Source of the DNA: Sedimentisphaerales bacterium
GTDB taxonomy: Bacteria; Planctomycetota; Phycisphaerae; Sedimentisphaerales; SM23-30
Direction: 5' to 3' (one strand)
Length of the DNA stretch: 64,000 bases
Assembly (NCBI GenBank): GCA_963666285.1
Contig: OY762711.1
Below, in pieces: positions 11,142-20,553 of this stretch; the first letter of the stretch is position 1, and each line of letters begins with the position of its first letter. The notes beneath the pieces are model-generated. The model saw only the letters and a list, made by a program, of their open reading frames with translations, had not been told where the DNA came from and did no database searches. The translations under genes were made by a program, and so were the position numbers.

Positions 11142-11158
11142 CGCACACTCCGTGCCGG
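11142..11158 (-). promoter_or_regulatory. possible internal sigma-54 (-24/-12) promoter upstream of wzx
   Basis: Minus strand CCGGCACGGAGTGTGCG has GG-N10-GC spacing with a GGCACG core, but lacks the TT before GC. Confidence 0.4.
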
Positions 11159-11229
11159 TCGGTTGCAATGAATAATTTCATTCCAACAGATAATAAAAAA
11201 AAGGGAATTTATCGACCTGAAAATACAGG

Positions 11230-13389
11230 TCAGTGAATTCTCTCGCCTTCGCTTTGCATTCTATTGTTTACAGCCTCTATAACATTACTGCGGCCGTATC
11301 TTTTGGCAGCATAGCCGTATCGCTTTTTGCCAGAAGTTATATCATTCAGTACCACACCTGAAATATCAGCTCCCACCGAACGCATTGTATCAGCAGCCAT
11401 AGCACACTGATCTCTGCCGCTCTGGTCGGCCCGAACTACCATTACCGTAGTATCACAGAAACCTGCAATTATACGGGCATCGGCAACTGATAAAACTGGC
11501 GGAGTGTCAATAACTATTTTATCGTAACTTCGTTTTAACACATCCAGGATCTCAGGAAATACCCTTCCGGCCAGCAGGTCAGAATGGAAACTGCCGCCCG
11601 GCCCGCTGCTCAGCAGGTCAAGCCCAGAAATAGAAGTTGTTTCTATACATTCCGGTAAAACATCAATGCCTCTCTCCAGAGCTTTGGCCAGCCCGGTGCG
11701 TCTGCAAAGCTTACTATCGTGTATCTTTTGCTGTGCCGGGCTGCGAAAATCAGCGTCTACCAGCAGAACTTTTATGCCTGAATGTGCCATAGTTATGGCA
11801 ATATTACTGGCAACTACTGATTTACCCTCGCCCGGTGCCGGGGATGTAACCAAAACAATAGACTTGCCATGCCGAACTCCCTGGTAATAGAGGTGAGACC
11901 ATATCTCGCGAAATGCCTCTGCCGCTTCAGAAGCACCATCGACCTGCGATTTCATCCCTAATCGCCTGATACCTTCTCTGACCGGCATATTTGGCACGGT
12001 CCCCAGAATTTGAAGCCTGGTAGCAAGATTCACATCATGAACCGAGCTTACACTATTATCCTTTAACTCCAGTACCAGGCCGGCAAACATACCGGCCCAT
12101 AAGCCGATAACAAGTCCCACTGCAAGAATTTTTGCATAGCTCCTTTCAACGACACTACTTTGAATGTCAGCCCTTTCCATTATTGTAATATTCATTGAAT
12201 TGGAATTAACTGACAGACTCTCTTCTTTTATCCTGCGGTCAAGCGTATCATTAATATCATCTAAACGGGAAATCTCTTTTTTGAGAAATTCATATTCTGC
12301 GGCTTCTGAATTGGTATTCCAGGCAATATCTTTCTGCTCATCCAGTTTCTTACGCTGCTGCTGAACCTTTTTGGAACACGCTATCCATCGCTGAATAATA
12401 TTCTCGCGATATTCCCTGGCAATTCTAGCGGTATTTTCCTGGAGTTGACGATTGATAAGAGCTTTCTTCTCTAAAATAGAATAAACTGCCGGATGCTGAC
12501 CGGTAGCTTTTTGCTGTATATCTGAAAGCTGTTTTTCCAGGGTTTGAAGCTCTTCGCGAAGCCTTCGATCCTCCGAATCAGAAAAAGTTGAATCTGACAG
12601 GGCTAACGATTTGATTTGCTCAGGCTTATCTACCAGGGCATTTACCGTATCATAAAGAGTTTGAATTTCTGTCAGTTCCAACTCAGCTACTGTTAAGGCT
12701 TCCGATATTTTTGCCAGACGAGCCAGTTCAATATTATCACCCTCTTCAAGTGTAATAGCTCCATTTGACCGTGCAAGCTCAAAGAGCTTCTCTCGTTTTG
12801 TCTTGAGTTCAATTTCATTTGTCTGCTTTTCTTTTTGCATAACAGATATTACTTCTGAAGAAGTACTGCTGCTTTGCATATTATTGTGCAGGATATAAGC
12901 ATCGACCATGGAATTTATCACATTTGACAGCCAAAGAGGTTCGCTAGAATAACCGGAAATTGTGATTATATCGTCTGATTTACCCACAGAAACATCTATT
13001 TTATTTCTTAAATATTTTAATGGATCACTAATTCCGGCCTGCTTCATACTGCTTACCAGTTCGGTATCGGACAGAATATCTGTAATAATCGGCATTGACT
13101 GAATAACTTCGGCCTGGGCATTAAGGAAATTCCTGGAGTCAGCCATCTTTTCCTTTTTAGCGTCAATCAATCTTGGAGATGTCTTTTCAACAAATAATCT
13201 GCTGTATACATTATATTTAGCTGGTGCCACTAAAGCATAAACAGATGCAGCCAGCAAACCTACGACCCCACATAAAATAATAAGCTTATACCGCCGAGAT
13301 AGCAGTCTGTCTAATAGACCTTCTCTGCTGTTATTGACATCATCAATAATATCAAGTTGTGCTTCCAGATTGTTTTTGTTTTCAGACAA
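11230..13389 (-). CDS. wzc: Wzc-type polysaccharide co-polymerase / BY-kinase
   Basis: Two TM segments around a coiled coil; Walker A (PAPGEGKS), VLLVDADFR, IVIDTPP; short Tyr tail RYGY..RYG. Confidence 0.92.
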   Translation of the reverse strand: MSENKNNLEAQLDIIDDVNNSREGLLDRLLSRRYKLIILCGVVGLLAASVYALVAPAKYNVYSRLFVEKTSPRLIDAKKEKMADSRNFLNAQAEVIQSMPIITDILSDTELVSSMKQAGISDPLKYLRNKIDVSVGKSDDIITISGYSSEPLWLSNVINSMVDAYILHNNMQSSSTSSEVISVMQKEKQTNEIELKTKREKLFELARSNGAITLEEGDNIELARLAKISEALTVAELELTEIQTLYDTVNALVDKPEQIKSLALSDSTFSDSEDRRLREELQTLEKQLSDIQQKATGQHPAVYSILEKKALINRQLQENTARIAREYRENIIQRWIACSKKVQQQRKKLDEQKDIAWNTNSEAAEYEFLKKEISRLDDINDTLDRRIKEESLSVNSNSMNITIMERADIQSSVVERSYAKILAVGLVIGLWAGMFAGLVLELKDNSVSSVHDVNLATRLQILGTVPNMPVREGIRRLGMKSQVDGASEAAEAFREIWSHLYYQGVRHGKSIVLVTSPAPGEGKSVVASNIAITMAHSGIKVLLVDADFRSPAQQKIHDSKLCRRTGLAKALERGIDVLPECIETTSISGLDLLSSGPGGSFHSDLLAGRVFPEILDVLKRSYDKIVIDTPPVLSVADARIIAGFCDTTVMVVRADQSGRDQCAMAADTMRSVGADISGVVLNDITSGKKRYGYAAKRYGRSNVIEAVNNRMQSEGERIH

Positions 13390-13409
13390 AATATATTTTC
13401 CCGGATTTC

Positions 13410-14555
13410 CTAGTCTATTCTATATAATGTTTGTGCTCCAAATTGCAATTCTAATATCTGACTCATCATTACCCTGAAATTAGTTCTGTCAGTATGACTT
13501 ACGTGAACAACGTCACCCGGCTTGAGTTTAACAACCATTGATTGCGGTGCTTTGTCTCCGGTAATCGGTAATATAACTGAAACTATCTCGCCAGATGAAT
13601 CCTGGCGGTAAATACTTAAATAGCGAGGGTCGGCAACCTCATTCACGCCCCCGGCATACGCAAGTGCGTTCATGACGTTATAATCTACGCCAGGCACAAA
13701 TTCAAAAGCACCTGGCTTTTTAACCAGTCCGACAACGGTAAACATCTGAGGTGCAAGAGCCTGCACAACTACAACATCTCCATTATGCAGCTGTACATCT
13801 TCAAATGGAACATTTAATCCTTCAACCGGCAACACCAGCGGCTTACTGAAATTTCTTTCACCTGAACGCTTTATTCGTATCGCCGAAGCACCATCATCAA
13901 CAATCCCGCCTGCTTTCATTAATAAGTTAACCATCGACATTTCATCGACACGTAACTCGTAAATTCCACTGTTTTCGACCGCACCTACTACTGATACTTT
14001 CTGGGTATAATAATCTGAAACAGTCGCGACAATTGATGGGTAAGTAACTACATAACGAGGATAATATGCTTTAGCAACTGCCGTCTCCAGCTCAGCAAGG
14101 GTCAACCCTTCGGCTTTAATGGCACCTACTACCGGCAATACCACATTTCCAGAAAAACCTACCCGACACCTATACGGCTCTTCCTGACCAGTCCAGTCAG
14201 GCAGCTCTGCCGAAGACGCCTTTAAAATTGCAGGCATCTCAAAAGCGACAACATCCCCTTTGACCAGCCGATATTGCCCCTCTGTCCAACATGCCGCTGC
14301 GATTAGATCCTTATCTACTCTCGGGCTTATCGGACCGGCCTGGTTAAAACGCTCCAGCTCCTGATAACTGCTTGGCAACGGTGATTTGCATCCGCTTCCA
14401 ATAAACAGGATCAGTATAATTGCTACTGCATACCCTACATTTTTAAAAATGAAGAATACTGGTTTACTTAAACAGGTATCCATACCTAAAGAAAACCGCA
14501 GCAATAAATCCTTTTTTTGCTTGATCTTCAACTCTGTTTTACTCCCTAAATCCAT
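13410..14555 (-). CDS. wza: Wza-type polysaccharide export lipoprotein with SLBB domains (true start may be 14483)
   Basis: Lipobox-like IGSGC, Poly_export motif (GNVVLPVVGAIKAEGLTLAEL), and SLBB repeats (VVGAVENSG; VVGLVKKPG..ALAYAGG). Confidence 0.85.
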   Translation of the reverse strand: MDLGSKTELKIKQKKDLLLRFSLGMDTCLSKPVFFIFKNVGYAVAIILILFIGSGCKSPLPSSYQELERFNQAGPISPRVDKDLIAAACWTEGQYRLVKGDVVAFEMPAILKASSAELPDWTGQEEPYRCRVGFSGNVVLPVVGAIKAEGLTLAELETAVAKAYYPRYVVTYPSIVATVSDYYTQKVSVVGAVENSGIYELRVDEMSMVNLLMKAGGIVDDGASAIRIKRSGERNFSKPLVLPVEGLNVPFEDVQLHNGDVVVVQALAPQMFTVVGLVKKPGAFEFVPGVDYNVMNALAYAGGVNEVADPRYLSIYRQDSSGEIVSVILPITGDKAPQSMVVKLKPGDVVHVSHTDRTNFRVMMSQILELQFGAQTLYRID

Positions 14556-14606
14556 CCGTGGATTTATGAGTGTCCATATTATTTAGATGTACTCCCCGTA
14601 CTTAGG

Positions 14607-14623
14607 TGCAAATCTCATGCCAA
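14607..14623 (-). promoter_or_regulatory. sigma-54 promoter of the EPS operon
   Basis: Minus strand TTGGCAT-GAGAT-TTGCA is a near-consensus TGGCAY-N5-TTGCW, about 50 bp upstream of wza. Confidence 0.75.
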
Positions 14624-14765
14624 TTACACCATCTCAGGAATTAATTAACCTTACCTCTGTGTTTTCGTGTAATCTTTATGGCAAATGCCATTAAAACTCC
14701 ATCATTTAACATCTTTTCTCGATTTTTTAGCAATTATTTCTAAAATAATAATACTTACATTTAAA

Positions 14766-14780
14766 GCGCAATTATTGCGC
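14766..14780. promoter_or_regulatory. candidate enhancer (bEBP) binding palindrome
   Basis: Perfect palindrome GCGCAAT-T-ATTGCGC about 150 bp upstream of the sigma-54 site, with a weaker TGCGCAAAATGCAG at 14797-14810. Confidence 0.5.
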
Positions 14781-14814
14781 GTCCATGCCTGATGCCTGCG
14801 CAAAATGCAGACAT

Positions 14815-14849
14815 AAAAAAAACCCGGCAGATATTTCTACCGGGCTTTT
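14815..14849 (-). terminator. intrinsic terminator of the flagellin gene
   Basis: Minus strand GCCCGGTAGA-AATA-TCTGCCGGGT followed by a T run. Confidence 0.85.
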
Positions 14850-14875
14850 CAGTTTTACTTCTTTTATTAAATATC

Positions 14876-16345
14876 TTACAGAAGTGACAATACACTCTGA
14901 GGAGCTGTGTTCGCCTGAGCCAATACACTGGTAGCAGACTGAACCAGGATCTGAGACCTTGTCATTGCTGATGTCTCAGATGCGAAATCTGTATCACGGA
15001 TAGCAGATTCAGCTGACATCAAATTTTCAGTAGTAACAGTCAACGAATTGATTGTCTTTTCGAGGGTATTTTTCTGGAATGATCCCAGACGACCGCGAAG
15101 CTTTGACACATCCTTAATAGACTGGTCAAGAATTCTCTGTGCTGTATAAAGATTATCAGAACTCAAACTATTAGCTCCACCAGTTTTGAGCGTATTTAAC
15201 TTACCATCGTCTGCATTACCCAGACTTGTTGTGTCAACACTCACAATACCAACTGCTTCCAGGCCGATTGCATCAACCTTGGAACCAATGGCAAAGTCAG
15301 CACCACCACCAGTCACACTAAATGTGTACGCACTTGTCGATTGAGCCACCTTATCGGTCAACGTCAGTTCAGCATCAAGCATAGCTGTCTTGATAGATAG
15401 CTTTTTACCTGAGGCAACAGCCTGGGTTCCATTGATAGTTGCAACCGCATCAACACCATAATCCTTTGTTTCAGCTATAGCAGTACCTGTTACATATGTG
15501 CCATCAGCCGCATCCGCAAGTATCTTCAATTCGCTTGCTGTATTACTCAACTGCTCAACGCTTACATATGCATCAGTACCAAAATCAACAGAATTCAAAC
15601 TTATAACATTGGAACTTACTCCAGCTGATACACCTGTTATTTCTTTTACCGCATTGATACTATAACTAATAGCTGAAGTTTTTGTACCACTGGCAAAAGT
15701 CAACTCTGTACTTCCACGATTTGAACCTATTTTGATACTAATAGTACCAGAAATACCTGTTGATGCTCCAGACATATATGCCTTACCAGTCTGAGCTGAT
15801 GCTGTTATATCAACTGCTACGGTCATTGCAGCACCATCGATAAGTTTTGCACCATTAATCTTTGTATCTGAGATAGCACTTGTAAATGTATTAGTTGTTG
15901 CTCCACTTACAGTGTAATCGAAGTTACCGTTAAGAAGCTTGATACCTTCAAATTCAGCTGAATTAGATATACGGTCGATTGTATTTAGAATTGAGTCAGC
16001 CTGCAGCTGGTTAGCTTCAATTTCTTCAGTACTCATACCGCCCTTATTAGCTACTTCACCAAGCAGTCCCTGAAGTTCGGTCAGCATGTCACTGATTTCA
16101 CCTAGTGATCCTTCAGCAGTACCTACAATATTAACTGCACGTTCTGCATTCTTGACACCGGTTTCTGTTCCCTTGATCTGTTTACGCAAATTTTCAGATG
16201 CGATCAAACCAGCCGGGTCATCTGAACCACGGTTGATTTTCAGACCAGTACTTAATCTTTCCAATGACACATTCAGGTCTGTTGTATTGTCATTCAAGAT
16301 TCTTGTGCTTGTTAAAGCCGTTACGTTTGTGTTAATTCTGCTCAT
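14876..16345 (-). CDS. fliC: flagellin
   Basis: SRINTN..LERLSTGLKINRGSDDPAGL N-terminus and SAESAIRDTDFA..QILVQSATSVLAQAN..VLSLL C-terminus; GGAGG RBS. Confidence 0.97.
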   Translation of the reverse strand: MSRINTNVTALTSTRILNDNTTDLNVSLERLSTGLKINRGSDDPAGLIASENLRKQIKGTETGVKNAERAVNIVGTAEGSLGEISDMLTELQGLLGEVANKGGMSTEEIEANQLQADSILNTIDRISNSAEFEGIKLLNGNFDYTVSGATTNTFTSAISDTKINGAKLIDGAAMTVAVDITASAQTGKAYMSGASTGISGTISIKIGSNRGSTELTFASGTKTSAISYSINAVKEITGVSAGVSSNVISLNSVDFGTDAYVSVEQLSNTASELKILADAADGTYVTGTAIAETKDYGVDAVATINGTQAVASGKKLSIKTAMLDAELTLTDKVAQSTSAYTFSVTGGGADFAIGSKVDAIGLEAVGIVSVDTTSLGNADDGKLNTLKTGGANSLSSDNLYTAQRILDQSIKDVSKLRGRLGSFQKNTLEKTINSLTVTTENLMSAESAIRDTDFASETSAMTRSQILVQSATSVLAQANTAPQSVLSLL

Positions 16346-16911
16346 AATTTTACCTCCTGGGGTCTTATGACGACCGCAACCTTATTTACCGGGTATCGAT
16401 TTTTTCAAAAACCGTAATACTTTTTATTCCCCCCGGAGAACACATACACAACTAAAGGTTACAGTCCAGGTTCTATATTTTTCTAAATTAGTTACTTTTA
16501 TGTATTAAATGAATATTTATCTTAATCGCTTGCCAACGGGATATTGGCATCGGTTTTTCAGATCATAGGCCCTTCCCTCCCTGACTCATCTGGGTTGCTG
16601 ACTTGTATCTTCTAAATACCATAATCTTCAATTCCTATTTTTAGCGTCTTAAATATCAAAATATAATTATGGCCACAGAAAAGCTTTTGAGCTTCTCTTG
16701 TGACATGCACCACATCGTCGAGGGCATAGCGCGACTTTAGAAACCTGATTTGGGATTTAATGTTTTTAGGGATAAAAGAGTTTTTTTTTCTTTTCGGAGG
16801 TGACCAGATCAAAGAATACCAGCTTCAGGTCCGGTAATATCATACATACTGGAACTACAGAAAGGTTCGAATAGAGAAAGGTTCGACATATACTAAATGT
16901 AGGAGTTATAT

Positions 16912-16949
16912 AAAAAAAAATGAGAAAACAGATTTTGTTTTCTCATTTT
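16912..16949 (-). terminator. intrinsic terminator downstream of mutS
   Basis: 14-bp stem AAAATGAGAAAACA/TGTTTTCTCATTTT with a poly-T tail on the minus strand. Confidence 0.75.
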
Positions 16950-16991
16950 AAAATGAATGCAAATTATAGGACCAAAATATTCGTTACAGTA

Positions 16992-19640
16992 CTACCTGCT
17001 CTCCAACTCTATCTTGATTTCATTTATCAGATTGATAGCCTGCAGGGGTGTTAAATTGTTAACATCTACATCCTTAAGTTTAAGTAAAAGCGGGTCGGGC
17101 GGCTGGTTATTAAACAGCATCATCTGACCGCTATCCTCAATTTTACCGGCTTTTTTTGCCAATTCCGGGCCATGCGCTTCTTTCACAAACGTACTCTGAA
17201 TTTCCAGCAGAATCTCGTTACTTCTGTCAATGATACCTTTTGGCATCCCTGCAAGCCTTGCAACATGAATACCGTAGCTTTTATCAGTCCTTCCTTTGAT
17301 TATCTTATGAAGAAAGACCACATCCTCTTTCCATTCCCTCACTGCCACATTATAATTCTTGACATTATCATATAAATCGCTCAGCTCTGTTATCTCATGG
17401 TAATGGGTGGCAAAAAGGGTACGGCACTTAATCCTCATCGCTATATACTCTGTAATCGCCCACGCCAGGCTCAATCCATCATATGTGCTTGTGCCGCGAC
17501 CAACTTCATCAAGAATAACTATGGATCTTTCCGTAGCATTATTAATAATATTGGCCGTCTCTACCATTTCTACCATAAAGGTGGATTGCCCGCGGGTAAG
17601 TTCATCACTTGCACCTACCCTGGTAAATATACGGTCGGTCAAACCTATCTGGGCAGTCCGGGCCGGTATAAAGCTGCCGGTATGTGCCAGCAGAACCAGC
17701 AAAGCAGTCTGTCGAATATAAGTACTTTTACCAGCCATATTGGGTCCGGTAATAATACCAACATCACCAAAGCGACCGCCTAACGCCACATTATTAGGCA
17801 CAAACTTACCGCCCAGCTGGACATCAAGAACCGGATGACGACCATCCTTAATCTCCATATCAAGGTCTTCATGAACTTCCGGCCTGCAATAGTTACGACT
17901 GCGAGCTATATAAGCAAAAGCAGTAAGCACGTCTATTTCTGCCACGGTATCTGCTACCTGCTGCAGCCGAAGCGTATGACTGGCAACCTCTCTGCGAAGA
18001 TCATTAAACAGCCTCTCTTCAAGATCCTTGCTTCTCTGCTCTGCTGTCAATGCTTCAGTCTCATACTGCTTGAGCTCATCGGTAATATATCGTTCGGCAT
18101 TTTTCAATGTCTGTTTACGCACGAAATACGCTGGGGCCTGCTCGGCAAGATGCCTGGACAACTCAACATAATAGCCAAATACCTTATTATAGCCCACTTT
18201 CAAATTCTGCAGGCCGGTCTCCTCCATCAGTTTCTTTTGATAATTCGCCAGCCAGGTCTTGCCATCCTTGCAGATACTTCGCAAATGATCGACCTGCTCG
18301 TCATAACCGCTGCGTATTATATTGCCTTCTCGTATGGCTATCCCGGCATCAGGATTGATAGCAGATTCGATCAGATCTGCCAGTTTGTCAAAACTGTCAC
18401 ACTGGTTATTCAGCTCTACCAAAAGCTCACAACAGCAATCCTTCAGCTGTTCACGAATAGAGGGCAGCTGTCGAAGAGCCTGTGCCAGCCCCAGTAAATC
18501 TCTCGGTACAGCCCTGCCGGTACTGATACGCGTACTAATACGCTCAATATCTGTTACATTTTTGAGGATAACCCTTAGCTTATCACGAATATGATCAAAA
18601 TTCACCAGCTCGGTAACTGCCGCCTGACGTCTGTGAATCTCGCCCAGGTTATTCAGCGGATAGCATACCCAGTGCCGCAGTTTTCGGCTGCCCATCGCGG
18701 TTAGCGCCTCATTAATACACCCCAGCAACGAACCGGAAGTACTGTTATCCCTGATTGTTCGTTCTATCTCAAGCGACCGGAGAGTTGTCTGGTCAAGCTG
18801 AAGAAAATTCTCACGCACAACCTTTCTCAACGAACTTAAATGATCCAACGCAATCTTTTGGGTTTCGCCCAGGTAATCAATAATTACTCCTGATGCCGCT
18901 ATCGAACAATCAGGTTCGTCAAAGCCAAAACCTTCTAACGAACCAGACTGAAATATTTCTGTCAGCGATTCATATCCCTGCCGACTGTCAAACGACCACC
19001 CGGGACGCTTTGTCACTACCGTTCCGATAATATCACGCAACTGGTTCCCAAAGTTTTCCGGCAGATCCTCTGATTCGTCAGTAATCAAACACTCAGATGG
19101 ATTAATACGTACCAGTTCATCAACCAGGTAACGCACATCCATCTTCTGGGCAAAAAATTGACCTGTCGAAAGATCTACCCAGGCAAGACCAACTTTTTCG
19201 CTCGACTTTTTTCCTTTACCTTGCTGCTCAAAGCATATCGCCGCCAGGTAATTCTCCTTTGCACCACCCAGCAGATTGTCCTCTGTCAGCGTTCCCGGCG
19301 TTATCAGCCTGACAACATCACGTTTTACCACACCTTTGGCCAGTGCCGGATCTTCTACCTGCTCGCATACCGCAACCTTATGGCCGGCCTTAATCAATCT
19401 GGGCAGATAGCTGTCTATCGCATGGTATGGCAGCCCCGCCAATGGAACTGGATTATCGCTGTTTTTATTTCGGCTGGTTAGAGTGATTCCCAAAACCTGG
19501 GCACAAATCCTGGCATCCTCATAGAAAGTCTCATAGAAATCACCCATACGAAACAGTAATATCGCTTCAGGATACTGCTCCTTGAAGTCAACATACTGCT
19601 TCATTGCCGGAGTTAATTTTGATTTATCTATATTTTCCAT
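16992..19640 (-). CDS. mutS: DNA mismatch repair protein MutS
   Basis: TPAMKQY..FRMGDFYETF, GPNMAGKSTY, STFMVEM, DEVGRGTST, FATHYHE. Confidence 0.98.
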   Translation of the reverse strand: MENIDKSKLTPAMKQYVDFKEQYPEAILLFRMGDFYETFYEDARICAQVLGITLTSRNKNSDNPVPLAGLPYHAIDSYLPRLIKAGHKVAVCEQVEDPALAKGVVKRDVVRLITPGTLTEDNLLGGAKENYLAAICFEQQGKGKKSSEKVGLAWVDLSTGQFFAQKMDVRYLVDELVRINPSECLITDESEDLPENFGNQLRDIIGTVVTKRPGWSFDSRQGYESLTEIFQSGSLEGFGFDEPDCSIAASGVIIDYLGETQKIALDHLSSLRKVVRENFLQLDQTTLRSLEIERTIRDNSTSGSLLGCINEALTAMGSRKLRHWVCYPLNNLGEIHRRQAAVTELVNFDHIRDKLRVILKNVTDIERISTRISTGRAVPRDLLGLAQALRQLPSIREQLKDCCCELLVELNNQCDSFDKLADLIESAINPDAGIAIREGNIIRSGYDEQVDHLRSICKDGKTWLANYQKKLMEETGLQNLKVGYNKVFGYYVELSRHLAEQAPAYFVRKQTLKNAERYITDELKQYETEALTAEQRSKDLEERLFNDLRREVASHTLRLQQVADTVAEIDVLTAFAYIARSRNYCRPEVHEDLDMEIKDGRHPVLDVQLGGKFVPNNVALGGRFGDVGIITGPNMAGKSTYIRQTALLVLLAHTGSFIPARTAQIGLTDRIFTRVGASDELTRGQSTFMVEMVETANIINNATERSIVILDEVGRGTSTYDGLSLAWAITEYIAMRIKCRTLFATHYHEITELSDLYDNVKNYNVAVREWKEDVVFLHKIIKGRTDKSYGIHVARLAGMPKGIIDRSNEILLEIQSTFVKEAHGPELAKKAGKIEDSGQMMLFNNQPPDPLLLKLKDVDVNNLTPLQAINLINEIKIELESR

Positions 19641-19863
19641 ACTTATTAATATAGTCTACTAAATTGCACTTATCATGTAATATGCATTAAATTGTTTTCT
19701 CATAAGGAATTACATAGCATATTAGATTTTCTGCCAAAAATCAACTTCCATTTAGCCAAACGTCCAATAATTAATATCTTAATTTCTCAAAAAATATTTC
19801 ATTCATAAGTTCAATCGAAATAAATATTTAAATATTAATACAAAAACTTTCTCTACAAAATAC

Positions 19864-19892
19864 TTGCAAGCTCTACAACTGTAGAGTATGTT
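19864..19892 (+). promoter_or_regulatory. sigma-70 promoter with a BlaI/MecI-type operator in its spacer
   Basis: TTGCAA-17bp-TATGTT. The spacer holds the palindrome CTCTACA-AC-TGTAGAG (19871-19886), matching the TACA-N2-TGTA BlaI/CopY box. An extra half-site CTCTACA lies at 19851. Confidence 0.8.
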
Positions 19893-19931
19893 AAATATAG
19901 AAATGATAAACATCCTGAAAGGAATCTTTCA

Positions 19932-20315
19932 ATGAAAAATAAAAAACACGAATTGAGCGATAATGAATGGGCGATCTTAAAGGCCGTCTGGAAATCCGAG
20001 CCATGCACCGCACCTTGCATACAGGAGGCACTTGAGCCGGATAAGGGATGGGCTTACACAACCGTCAAAACAATGATGGATCGAATGGTCAAAAAAGATC
20101 TTCTTTTCGTTGAAAAAATTCGTAATCTGCACCTGTATAAATCCGCTATCACACCGGAGCAGGCTCAAAAGAAAGAAATTCTCCGCACACTCAAAAGAGC
20201 TTTTAACGGAGCTGTCACACCAATGATGCAGTTTCTTATCGAGCATGAAGAAATATCAGAAGAAGAATATCAGCATCTTGGCGAACTGCTTAAACAAAGA
20301 AAATTACAGAAGTAA
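19932..20315 (+). CDS. blaI: BlaI/MecI/CopY family transcriptional repressor
   Basis: LSDNEWAILKAVW..WAYTTVKTMMDRMVKK winged HTH; upstream operator; adjacent M56 gene. Confidence 0.92.
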   Translation: MKNKKHELSDNEWAILKAVWKSEPCTAPCIQEALEPDKGWAYTTVKTMMDRMVKKDLLFVEKIRNLHLYKSAITPEQAQKKEILRTLKRAFNGAVTPMMQFLIEHEEISEEEYQHLGELLKQRKLQK

Positions 20316-20419
20316 AACATACCCCAAAAAATATTGCCGTTTGACCTGGAGCAAAAAACTAAGTTTTCGTACTTTGCTGAATATCAACCGGAATATTTAT
20401 GCAAGTATATTAATGCTGG

Positions 20420-20510
20420 CTTTCGAAGTTTTAAAATTGCAATAAATGTGTGCCTTTTGATGAATCACCTAAAAGGGCCTTTGCGTATAACGGTGAACAG
20501 CCAAAATGCA
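20420..20510. repeat. dispersed intergenic repeat, copy A (related to 49329-49483)
   Basis: CTTTCG.AGTTTT.A...TGCAATAA...GTGCCTTT.G...AATC.CCTAAAAGGGCCTTTGCGTATAA.G.TGAACAG.CAAAA is shared with the 49.3 kb copy. Confidence 0.75.
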
Positions 20511-20553
20511 ATACCGCACATAATCAGACTAGTTTTGATAAGGAGTTTATGTT

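Noticed and set aside
14540..14578. 12-codon upstream ORF (MDTHKSTDGFRE) in the wza leader
   Set aside because: It has a GGGGAG before the ATG, but nothing else supports it and the wza start itself is uncertain.
1..16345. Glycosyltransferase cluster as a flagellin glycosylation island
   Set aside because: It contains wza/wzc/wzx/wzy and has its own sigma-54 promoter behind the flagellin terminator, so EPS/capsule is the simpler reading.
16612..16812. 66-aa ORF upstream of flagellin; similar short intergenic ORFs at 20334-20591, 38915-39139 and 56214-56522
   Set aside because: No clear RBS or recognisable motifs; two of them overlap a repeat or the riboswitch leader.
17172..19481. Long antisense ORFs over mutS (also over PMM, pyk, lnt and others)
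   Set aside because: Shadow ORFs opposite well-supported genes.
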